Positions 48,661-64,000 of a DNA stretch of 64,000 nt are shown here, piece by piece (within the stretch, counting starts at the first letter, position 1; each line of letters starts with the position of its first letter). Location: assembly GCA_001244265.2 (NCBI GenBank), contig CDLV01000013.1:1-64000 (forward strand), written 5' to 3'. The translations under genes were made by a program, and so were the position numbers. The notes under the pieces are model-generated. The model saw only the letters and a program-made list of their open reading frames with translations, was not told the DNA's origin and ran no database searches. This DNA comes from Microbotryum violaceum (taxonomy: Eukaryota).

Positions 48661-48895
48661 AAAGAGGTACAGGACTTTTTTAGTCTCGATGGGAATCATA
48701 CATCAGATGTGATTAAAAGAATAAGCCCGGTCAGGTGACAACTCGTGGCACTTGAATCCGAGCCCGAATTGGAAAATCCTTTCCCCGATTCTTCTTTTGA
48801 CGGTTTTTGACTCACCCGCTCGAGAGCCGATCCAGGCCTGAAACGCGGGGCTTCCTTTACTCTTAGCTCCACCCTCAACCCAACCCATCCCAAAA

Positions 48896-50560
<1,665 letters not shown>

Positions 50561-51292
50561 AGAGGCTGAGGGCTGAGAATTGGGGGACGTGGGAAAGTTT
50601 TTCGGCGTGGCCCTCTCATACGCTGAATTTTGGGGTACGAGCTCCGCACAACGAAAAGTGGTCTTGGGGAAGTGTGAAACATGATTATTTTGGAATCGTA
50701 CCATGGCTTTTTCGTACTACCCTTGTGATATCTCAAACGGGGGAAAAGATCGTCCCCGAGCCACGTGAGCCTACACCGAGCGTCCGCGATGAAACGAGAC
50801 GAGGTGAGAGAGGGTCCGACGATCGACTCCCTCGATGAATGCCAGTCATTTCCCTCAAAAAAAAAAATCATAATATAAGGAAAACCAACTCGGAATAACC
50901 CCAATCTACTTGGTAAGAAGATGAGCCCCTAAAAGCCAACTTTATTACCCAAGACGGGCGCGGGTGTGGCCCCGAGTCGATCGTCACGCCCCTTATTAGT
51001 TCGGTGAGCGGGAGAGAGAGCATTTGTCTGCATTTTGCAGTCCGTCAAAAGAGTGCGTCAGTTTTCTGGGGCGCGCGGGTTCTTGCGCGGGAGAGAGGGT
51101 TAGTCGCTCTTTCGGTTATGTATCGTCCGTTCGGTTCGGGTTCGGTTTTAGGTTCGACGGCACTGCACCTAAAACAAAAAGCACACACCACACCTATTTT
51201 TTATTTTATTTTTATTTATTTTTAAATTCAGTTTCAGTTGGTCATCTTTCTGCACCAGCACCCTCCGACTCTTTGACTTCGGAACACTTTTC

Positions 51293-51337
<45 letters not shown>

Positions 51338-52208
51338 CCCTTTTTTTGATCAAAAACCACCACCAGCACCACCTGACTACTAGGCTTTGCATTCGACCAC
51401 ACTCATCAAACAACGTCAAAACGTGAGTAGGACCATTGGACCAGAATCAGGAGCAGAACCAGACCTCATATCAGTGGAGAGTGGAGTGAAGTGTGCTGGT
51501 TGCCAAGAGTGAGTCGAGCCGAGCCGAGCTGGGTCCGGTTCAAAGGGAGTAAGTAAGCCAGCTCGCCAGCTCCCGAGCGAGCGGGCACGGCTGGGTGATG
51601 GTGGGACGGCGGGGAAGGGGGAACGGGGAAGGGGGACGGGGACGGGGGACGTGGCGGGGTCGTGGGCGAATGAAATGAGCTTGAGCCGACGCGCTTGGGC
51701 GGGGGGGGGGGCAACGGACGACGACGGACTATAACTTGAGGAACGACTGTGATTTTTGATGATGGCATGCCCGCACGACGTTGAAACGTTGACCGTCCAC
51801 GCTGGAAAGGACGGGCTGTGGGTACGACCCGGGTGGTGCGCGCGCACGGGGACGTTTTGGTCGGGCGGGCTCACTTGGAGCGTCGTGTTGGCAGCTGTTG
51901 GCGCGGTGTTGACGCGGTGTGGGCGCGGTGTGGATCTGATCGCGGGGGGAGATGTAGGCGCATGCTCGACCTTAGCATACGATCCAAACACCGACAACCC
52001 AAACTCAACACGTCCCAACACTGTTCACCGAGCCTGATCGACCGTTTGGACCGTCCCGATACGGAAAACTGACCGAGTCTGATATCTGATCCGTTCCCAC
52101 TGCCTTCCCTCCACGCCCACGCGCAGTCCCCCCCGCCGTTCCCCCTTCCCCCTCTCCGTCTCGACACCCGTTCCAACCTCACTCCCCAACCCGGCTGCTT
52201 CTCACGCG

Positions 52209-52688
52209 ATGCAGCAGAACGCCTCGTCGATCAAGACCGTCGTCGTGGGTGATGGTGCCGTAGGAAAGGTCAGTCCCCAGCACGAGGGAGCACTCTTCCC
52301 AAGATCCGCTGATTGACCGCTTGGGTGTGCACGGATCTTATTGCGATAGACATGCCTCTTGATCTCTTACACGACCGTAAGCTTGGATCTTGCGAGCCTC
52401 ACAAGAGCATACCTCGAAAGAGTGATATTGATAGCGATCTCTCTCTCTCTCTCTCTCTCCCCCTCGGCGTCACTCTTTACCTCATCTACGGGCTTCATCA
52501 GAACGCTTTCCCCGTCAGTCCCTTTCGAGATTTCGTCTAGCCACAAACTCGATCACTGATGAGCTTGGTTTCGATTCTCTCACCAGGGTGAATACATTCC
52601 GACCGTATTCGACAACTAGCAAGTTCCAGCCTCCCCCAGTCGTTTCAAAGTCAACCTTTCCTCATCTAACCACTCCCACCCAAACCCC

Positions 52689-52719
<31 letters not shown>

Positions 52720-53364
52720 CACCACAGCTCGGCGAATGTCATGGTCGACGGGAAACCGATCAACCTCGGACTGTGGGATACGGCCGGTCAAGAGGATTAC
52801 GATCGTCTGCGCCCCTTATCCTACCCTCAAACGGACGTGTTTCTCATCTGCTTCTCCCTCGTTTCGCCGCCTTCGTTCGAGAACGTCAGAACAAAGGTGC
52901 GCTTTTCAAAATTAAAACACTCGTTGCATTCGAAACAAAACTCTGATGCCTTTCAGGTCACATTTTTATGTTTCAACAGTGGTACCCCGAGATCTGCCAC
53001 CATGCGCCCAACATCCCCTTGATTCTCGTCGGCACCAAATTGGATCTTCGAGAAGACGCCGACACGATCAACAAGTTGCGCGAACGACGGATGGCCCCGA
53101 TCGCGTACCAACAGGCCGCTCAAATGGCCAGAGATATCGGAGCCGTTCGGTGCGTAGGACGCCCCCCTTTACAGGACTGAGCTCGGAAAGAGTTTGTTTG
53201 AACTGAGAGCTGAGCTGCTTTGCGGGCCCTTGCGCAGGTACTTGGAATGCTCGGCCTTGACGCAAAAGGGCTTGAAGACGGTCTTTGACGAAGCGATTCG
53301 ATGCGTCTTGGCTCCTGCGGCAACAGAGAAAAAGAGAAAGACAAAGCCCTGCGTCATCTGTTAA
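52209..53364 (+). CDS. RAC1: Rac1 small GTPase (7 coding exons)
   Basis: [83 protein letters not shown]; polybasic tail + CVIC*. Confidence 0.97.
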
Positions 53365-53887
53365 TTCGATGATTCGGTCTTGAACCGTTCTGGCGCGCCG
53401 TGATTCGACCTACCTTTGACGACAATTTCGATCATGGACACTCTTCTCTTCCTCGTTCACTCCCAACTCGTCATTCCGCCTCGCAATTCGACGAGGCTAC
53501 GCTCACGACCTCTCCTTTCGCCTCTTCTACAGCTCCGACCACGCCTTGCCTCGATCTCGCGCTCCATTCTGTCAGCAATTCCCCTCTCCCCTCTCACCTC
53601 ACCGCACCTACGGGCCGCCCTCTCCCATCAGTGCCCCACTACATCATCTTGCTTTTATGTCCTGTCCTCCATCTCGGGCTTTCCATCCACCTTCCGATTC
53701 CATCTAGTCTCTTTCTAGGTCTAGCTATTTCCTTCTCCCATTTTTTCCGAATCAAGTTTCGTCTCCTTGCCTCTTTCCATGCACATTATTCTTTGTTCTT
53801 CCTGCGTGCGTAACTACAGCGTCCATTCTACCTCTGCTCTGCACTATCAAACTCATGCTCCCAATCTGTAGTAGTAGTACCTGGCTC

Positions 53888-55824
53888 TCAACTCGACGGT
53901 TCCTCTTCCCTCTGATGATCGGCAACAGCGAGCCTCGATACCGCCCTGAGGAACTCGTTCATACTCCACCCGTCGCCGTGCATCTTCATATCGTACCACC
54001 AATTCACAGCGATCACCGCTCTATCCTCCCCATCTTTCCTGTGCACCAAGTCGTCGCGCTTCACCCCCTCCTGCCGCACAGCATGGAACCATAGACTAGG
54101 TAGGTAAAGATAATCGCCTACATTGAGGACGACGGTGAGTGGACGGGCCAAGTCGTCCATTTCCGAAAGTGGCCTTTCGTCAAGATGGGAAACTTCCAAA
54201 AAATCGGAATCCGATTCGGAATGAAAGAGCTCTTCCACTATACCGATCGACTCCGTCCCTTTCATACTTCCCCTCTTAACTTCCTTAACCTTTACCTTCC
54301 CCCCATCCAACCAAGGGATCTCCACTCCTTCCGTAGGGACGATTCCAAATTCCTGCTTTTGTTCATCCAACACCCACCGAGCATGAGGATAAGTCTTTTC
54401 CCTCAGACAAGCAAATTCCGTAGGTGGGTAAAGCGTAAAAGTTTTAGTACCTCGTATGACGAGGTAAATATTCTCGTAAGGGTCTAGAAAAGAGAGTTTA
54501 ATTGGGGCGAGGAGGGGGGTGTGAGTATTCATAAGTTGTAAGGGGATTGGTGGGTAAAAAGGGTGAAAACGAACCTTTATGAAGGGAAGTTTCACTTCTT
54601 TCGTCCCCTATCCAAACATTCACCGCGTCCGGATCCGTACCTATTAAAATTAAATCCGTACAGGAAGAACCGCGCGGGCACGGCGGGCAACGAACCCATC
54701 CGTCCTTGTTAGCTCAATCAACAACCGTTCGGCGAAGAACCCCCTGCCAAACCGAACTTTTGAAAAACGAATAAAAACGTACCGAACGATTGCCTAGCCC
54801 ATTCGGGACCTTTCTCACCTACGTCCTCCAATAAAACTTCAAGATCTTGGTTGGGTTGTAAGTTACCGTTCTGGGATTGGAGGTAATAAACGGGCTTTGG
54901 ACAATCGGGATTCGTAGGTGTGTTGAGGTGTTGAAAGAGGGTGGAGAGGTTCATTTGGACGGCTTCAATGGGTGGTGGTGGGAAAAACAAAATTAAAGGG
55001 TTTCAGTTTGCTACCTTGGTATCTGGGATCACGAGGCGACCATGCGTGCGCAGCCTGAGGTATTCGACTCACATGCCGGTTCAACGAAATACTGCTTCCC
55101 ATTCTTCGGGTCCCGAACGATCGAATCCGCTTTCCTGTACGCCGCATATAAAAAGGAACCCGTCAGAGAGAGTAAAACTTTACCGAGCATCCGAACGGAA
55201 ACCCCAACCTTGGCTCCTATCCCCCTTCTACCTCAATTTTCACCCGGTTCCCTTTCTTAGGGAAAACAGAAAAACTTACCCATCAGGACTAACAGCCACC
55301 AGCACTTTCCTTTCCCCCATCTTCCGCACCAAATAATCTCTATCCCACTTCCTCAAAGCCCTTGAAACGACCCCTTCCCCTTCCCTCTCTAGCTCTATCC
55401 CTTCCAACGAATCACCCTTCCCTCTCCTTCCCATTCCCTTGAAAGACCTAATCACCAAAGGTCTATTCACCCCAACGAAATCTCTACAAAATTCCAACGC
55501 ATCAGGAAAACTTCTTAATTCGGTAACGATGCTTGAGTTAAGGGCTTGATATGATTCGATTAGATCCTTTAGGGAATGTAAGAGTTGAGTTTGAGTTTGA
55601 GTTTGAATTGGAGTTGGGAGGAGGGATCTTTGGGGTTGGGGTTGGGCAAGTTCGTGAACGTGGCACTGGGGGTGGGGAAGTACGGTGGTTCGGTTTTGAA
55701 GTGATGAAGATGAAGAGGATGAAGAGGATGAGGATGCTTTCGTAGCTCGGTCGTAGGTCGTTCCACAAGTGAGACAAGTCCAAGTTGAGTTCTCTCGAGG
55801 CGGAGTTTCTTTATTGGAAAGCAT
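53888..55824 (-). CDS. JmjC (cupin-like 8) protein, JMJD7-like, multi-exon
   Basis: FVGVNRPLVIR, VAVSPDG|KADS, YYLQSQNGNL, VNVWIGD..TSLH|DPYENIY, YLPSLWFHAV, AVNWWYDM. Confidence 0.9.
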
Positions 55825-56290
55825 GTCACTCAGATCTTTGCATCCCCCAATCGAAATCGAGAGAGTGCTCCTTGAGGGTCGTTCAATCGGCACGCGTTCG
55901 ACCGAGGTAGGCGTGGTAGCCTCTGGAACCGTAGGAGAAGAGCGAGAGAGTCACAAAGAGGTGAACTCGCTTCGCACACTTAAGAGCGCCCAAGTGGGGC
56001 CGACACGTGACTCTACCGAATTTACATCTCCATCCCCCCTCTCCTCCTTTCAATCCAATTCAATCATGTGCAAGACGTTTCGATATTAACGAAGCAGATA
56101 AGCACTAATAGAAGGGGAGAAAACCCAAAACCAAAAGAAAGAAGACAAAAAGAAAGAAAAAAATAAATCCGACGTAAAACTAAACCGCAAGAAAGAAAAG
56201 AAAAGAAACTTGGAGTCGACGGATCAGATCGTATATACTCCCTCTTCCTTTTTCCCTCTCACACAGACCCGACTTCCGACCTCCCACCCC

Positions 56291-58363
56291 TCAAGCAGGA
56301 GCAGGCAACACCAAGCTCCTCCTCAACCTCGTCACGACGTCCAAGTACCTCGTATCGGCCTCGAACGGGAACCAGCCATGCCTCAACAACCAATCAACAA
56401 CAACGAGTCCGCAGTTCGGCTTAAACTCGTCCTCGACGATCAACCTCCTCAACACCTCTTCCAGATCCATCAGTTCAAACGACTCGACTTCGCCGTCATC
56501 CGGATTACACGTGGGAATCACGACTTCTACCCCTTCCTGTCCGAGCTTTTGTGGCGATTCGAGACGTAGGTCATAGACGTATTGAACTTCAGGTTGGATC
56601 CAGCCGTGGTCGGTGCGATAGGTGTAGACGACGCAACCCGTTGCACGGAGGTGACGAGCGACGTAGGCGGGAGGGAGGGACGCTTCTTCCGCGCATTCGC
56701 GAATCATGGATTCGCGCGGTGAGTCACCGGCCGTGATCCCGCCTGCGACGGTGTTGTCGAGGAACGAGGGCCAGCTGGGTGAGAGCAACGGAGAAGGGAA
56801 GAGTCAGGAAGGGGACGTTCCAAGACACACTAGAGGTGCTAAAGAAAGAAACGACTCACGTCTGCTTCGTCGCCGCTCGACGAGGGACCCACAACTTGAC
56901 CGGCTCGCCTTCCTCCTCGACATAAGCTGTGAACCCGCAAGCATTCCCGGAATCAGCTCCCGATCACAATACAGTCACGATACCGCTTTGTCGGTGCTCA
57001 CCAGTGCAGTGCACACCAAACGTCGTCAGACCAAACAGGGCACATGCGGCACGTTCCATCGTGAAGGCGACATTGCTGCCAGGAAGGGGGTTCTCGTCCA
57101 CACCGTGCGACTTGGGGCCGTAGACGGTGTAGAGCTCGTTCCTCCAGCCTGGTCAGAAAGCATTTCAATCTTCAGTAACAGTATTCAAATCTCTTGTGGA
57201 AACTTGTGTTCTTGATACAACTCACCACCCAAGCATTCCTCAAATTTACCCGCGCCCTTCCAGTTCCTGACCAAACGATCGATATGCTCGCCCCTCAACT
57301 GCGGCCCACCGTCATTCACCCAATCCTCGAAACCGACGGCATACACCTTATCGGCCGCCTCGTCGGGATCAAGGTAATTTTCAAAGCCATGCCCATTCGA
57401 GCCATCATGTCCCGTTGCAGCGATGTTGCGCAAGCCCTCAATGACGTCCTTCAACGCACCCACTCCCCCATTCGAACTCGGACTCGTTGCATCCGAAGAT
57501 CCAACCCCACCGGGCGTATTCGTTCCCGAACCCGCTGTACTACTACCACCCGTACTCGGTCCCAAACTCAACACCAAATGACTGTTCCTTCTCGAATTAC
57601 CACCGGACCTCGGCGTCCCGGCCGTCGAGGACCTCCTCCTCGTTTGAATGGTTCGAGGGAACCTAACGGGCGGGTAGAAGGACCAAACGGTACGAATGTT
57701 GATGCTCACGAGCTTGCGATTATCCTCAATCATAGCTTGAACGATTGATGGGCGTAGGAAACCGATCGGTTGTTCGGGCGTCTTCTGGGCTCTGCCCGAG
57801 TCCGAAAACGAAAGTGAACGCATCGGCGCGGGCGAAGACGTAGGTGAACTTGAGCGAAGGGTCGGCATCGGGGTCAAACGAGTGAAAGAAGGACGACCAT
57901 GATTCGACGACGTCGGCGAGGCTGACCCACGCCTTGAAGCAGGGGCGGAAGCGACGACGGGGGTCGGGGTACCCGAAGTGCGAGGTAGCTCGACGAAGAA
58001 AGGGCACAAAAACTCTTTGTCGAACTCGGCCGTAGAGCTGTTCGTGCCTTCATTGACCTCATCGTAATCATCCTCGTCATCATCCTCATCATCAACATCC
58101 AACGCACTCGAATCGACCTCGTTGTGAGACTCGGTCCTCTTCATCGCCGACTTTGGCGCAGAAGCCTGCGCATGCTCCTCCCTCCTCTTCCTACAATCAC
58201 TCGCCTTCCAAGGACCACGGGGCAATTCAAAGTTGTCGCATTTTTCGACGACAGGCAGGAGCGTGTAAATCCCCGGCGGGAGTGGTAAGATGCGAGGGTT
58301 GGGGGGCAAGTCGTCAAAGATGGATGGGAGAGCATCGCGCGGCGAATCACGAGGGCTCGACAT
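56291..58363 (-). CDS. Nudix hydrolase, YJR142W/thiamin-pyrophosphokinase-N-like, multi-exon
   Basis: IGFLRP; GWRNELY; MERAACALFGLTTFGVH; WPSFLDNTVAGG..IRECAEEASL Nudix box; DGEVESF; FKPNC. Confidence 0.9.
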
Positions 58364-59516
58364 GCTTGGGCGTGGGCGGAACTCTTGGCGTTTCTTGGTC
58401 GGTTTTTTCTTCCTTGAGTGCCTCCTTAAACTATCGAAGCGTGTATCCGGTCGAGTATTGCCGAAACGACGTCACAGATCCGCGTAAGGGGCTCGATCAA
58501 AAAGGGGCTTCTTTTGACAGCGCCGAGCCTTTTTGGCCGAAAAAGGGGTGGTGCGGAACAGGAAAAGGAACAAAATCACGAGATCAGTACCCATCGCGGT
58601 AGTAGATGTGAACGGAGGAAGCGGGGCGTTCGCAAGCGATAATTAAGAGTGATCGATGTAGTTCCGCACGATTGCGTGGCTCAGGAGAGTGACACACCCT
58701 TTAGGTTTCAGCGGGGGCGATGGCCCAAGTAGAGCCCACTCTAGGCCGACTCAAACATGTCAAGCACGGCATCCAGAGGGCTCAACGCAAGCAAGGCTCG
58801 AGCGACCGATCGCCATCGGCGCTATGCAAAGGCAGCCACAAGGCGAGGCCGCCAATCGCCGCGTCGCAGTGGGGCTCAAGAACGCGCAACGAAGCGGGCA
58901 CACGACACTTGACCAAACGACGGTCGACGCGAGGGGCGAGGGCACTCACCTGAGCCAGGGGTAACACTGAACACTTGACGAGGTTGAGAAACACGGACGA
59001 TCGGGGGAGAGAACGTCGGTGAGCGCGAGAGGACGAGGGAAAGAAAGCGGAGGAGAGCGAGAGAGCGATGTCGTCGCGGCCTCGGCATGAAACGGGCTGA
59101 GACTGGCAAAGACGGGCTAAGACGGCAACGGACGGCATACGGCGGCAATCGCGGGGCACGCACCGCCGAGCAAAAAGACCACCACCCACCAAACCGCTTA
59201 ATGGCGTGGTCACACATCATGGACTCCTATCACCAGATAGTCTTTAGGCTCCCTTTCTTTGTCGCTGTACATCCGAAAAAGAATAATCAGCGCGCCGTCC
59301 TCATTCAAAAGGAAATACCCTGAAATCGTGATGAGATATTCCACCATGGCAGCGGGCCTCCTGGTGATACATCGAGTTAGCTTCTTCGACGGCGAGGCAG
59401 TGCGCAATTAGCTTGGTATGCAGCGACTATGCACCGCGCGTCGCGTCAAGATCATTTTCGATCGCTCGATCAATGGAAGCATGCAATCGATGCGCCTCCT
59501 GTCCACGCGCCCTACC

Positions 59517-60295
59517 TGAGGCTCAGGATCTCAGGAGGTCACTCGCAGGTCGCCAGGGACTGAAGAGCCAGATGAACTAAAAAGGAAAGGCAAAGCAAGG
59601 AACGAAAGGGTGGAGTTGGAAAGTAGAAAGCAGACAGCCAGACCGCAGCTTACCTTTTCGACTTCTCATGGCATATCTGGAGATTGTGAGTATTTGGCGC
59701 TGATCACAACAATTACAAAAAGCTCTCCGTTTGGCTGTGAGCTGATATATCAAGTGTTACACAAGGCCAGAATACGAGGGCATTTGTGTCCTTTGGCTAT
59801 GGTAGGGAGCCCATTACTCAGCGGCGGCGTAAGTAAAGGCTCGATGTTGCTTAACGAATAGACAGTCCCAAATCCAGTCGATTGTCAAGTGAGTCAAGAG
59901 TGGGGGTTGGAGCAGGAGGTTCTGACGGCACTGCACACGATTCTCAACGGAAGGGAGGAGATGAGATGAGATTCAATGCAAGAGAAAGTCAAGTCTAAGC
60001 TACGAAGACTAGAATGGGTTTCACAAGCGGCGGGCGCGCCGCAGGCGCCCCGCACGGCGCAGGCGCTCTAGGCTTCCTGACCCACTGCAGAACACCCCCC
60101 AAATGAAAAAGGAGCTCTGGCGACGAAATCTAAGAATAGCCAGGAGATGTGGTGAGTTTGTGGTCGTATAATGAGTGTAATTTTTCGATCAGAACCTGCG
60201 TTGGACGTTGTGTCTGGGGGCCAGGTCAGTTCGCGCCGTTGCTTGGGCACTTTGAGCACTGGCCGTCTGCGCTCCGGTCTTGGGGGTCTTGGCCT
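59517..60295 (-). mobile_element. Older LTR element remnant: degenerate 3' internal end + PPT + LTR (~59517-60094)
   Basis: Minus strand reads ..catttgggggg|TGTTCTGC at 60100-60087; part of the LTR matches 18786-19188; upstream frame LIEKLHSLYDHK resembles a chromodomain tail. Confidence 0.5.
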
Positions 60296-61349
<1,054 letters not shown>

Positions 61350-61361
61350 TCACCCCCGGGT

Positions 61362-64000
<2,639 letters not shown>

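Noticed and set aside
51416..52182. ORFs upstream of Rac1 (e.g. 201 aa on the minus strand)
   Set aside because: Low-complexity GC-rich frames within a probable long 5' UTR intron (GTGAGT at 51423).
58600..59500. Possible additional LTR or gene
   Set aside because: No termini, second copy or protein motif that I can support.

Overview
Intron-rich fungal genomic DNA, most likely a basidiomycete (Pucciniomycotina/Microbotryomycetes-like; inferred from the gene set, intron style and TE types, not from a search). There are two blocks of ordinary genes. The left block (1.6-14.5 kb) has a PLC-like phosphodiesterase, a monoglyceride-lipase-like hydrolase, coatomer gamma, a surface protein and an AMPK/SNF1 beta subunit. 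The right block (40.2-58.4 kb) has VTA1, a UBE2O-like E2, uL24m, PRO3, LYS1, Rac1, a JMJD7-like JmjC protein and a Nudix hydrolase. Between them lies a ~25.5 kb accessory island. Its centrepiece is a structurally complete 9,546-bp Kyakuja-Dileera-Zisupton (KDZ) DNA transposon (20266-29811), with 122-bp TIRs, a perfect 8-bp TSD (AGTTCCAG), a CxC1+KDZ transposase and a second, convergent gene of unknown function. The element is flanked by two paralogous FunK1-type kinase genes. One looks intact; the other is disrupted by an AT-rich, probably mitochondrial insertion carrying a partial tRNA-Thr. The island also contains a third, unrelated kinase-like gene bracketed by a ~70-bp direct repeat, a near-perfect 83-bp-arm hairpin, a foldback/MITE-like element and a solo-LTR-like repeat. 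The window starts with a truncated Ty1/copia fragment plus LTR and ends with a chromodomain Ty3/gypsy element, apparently nested in an older LTR element. Exon boundaries were read by eye and are approximate unless stated.
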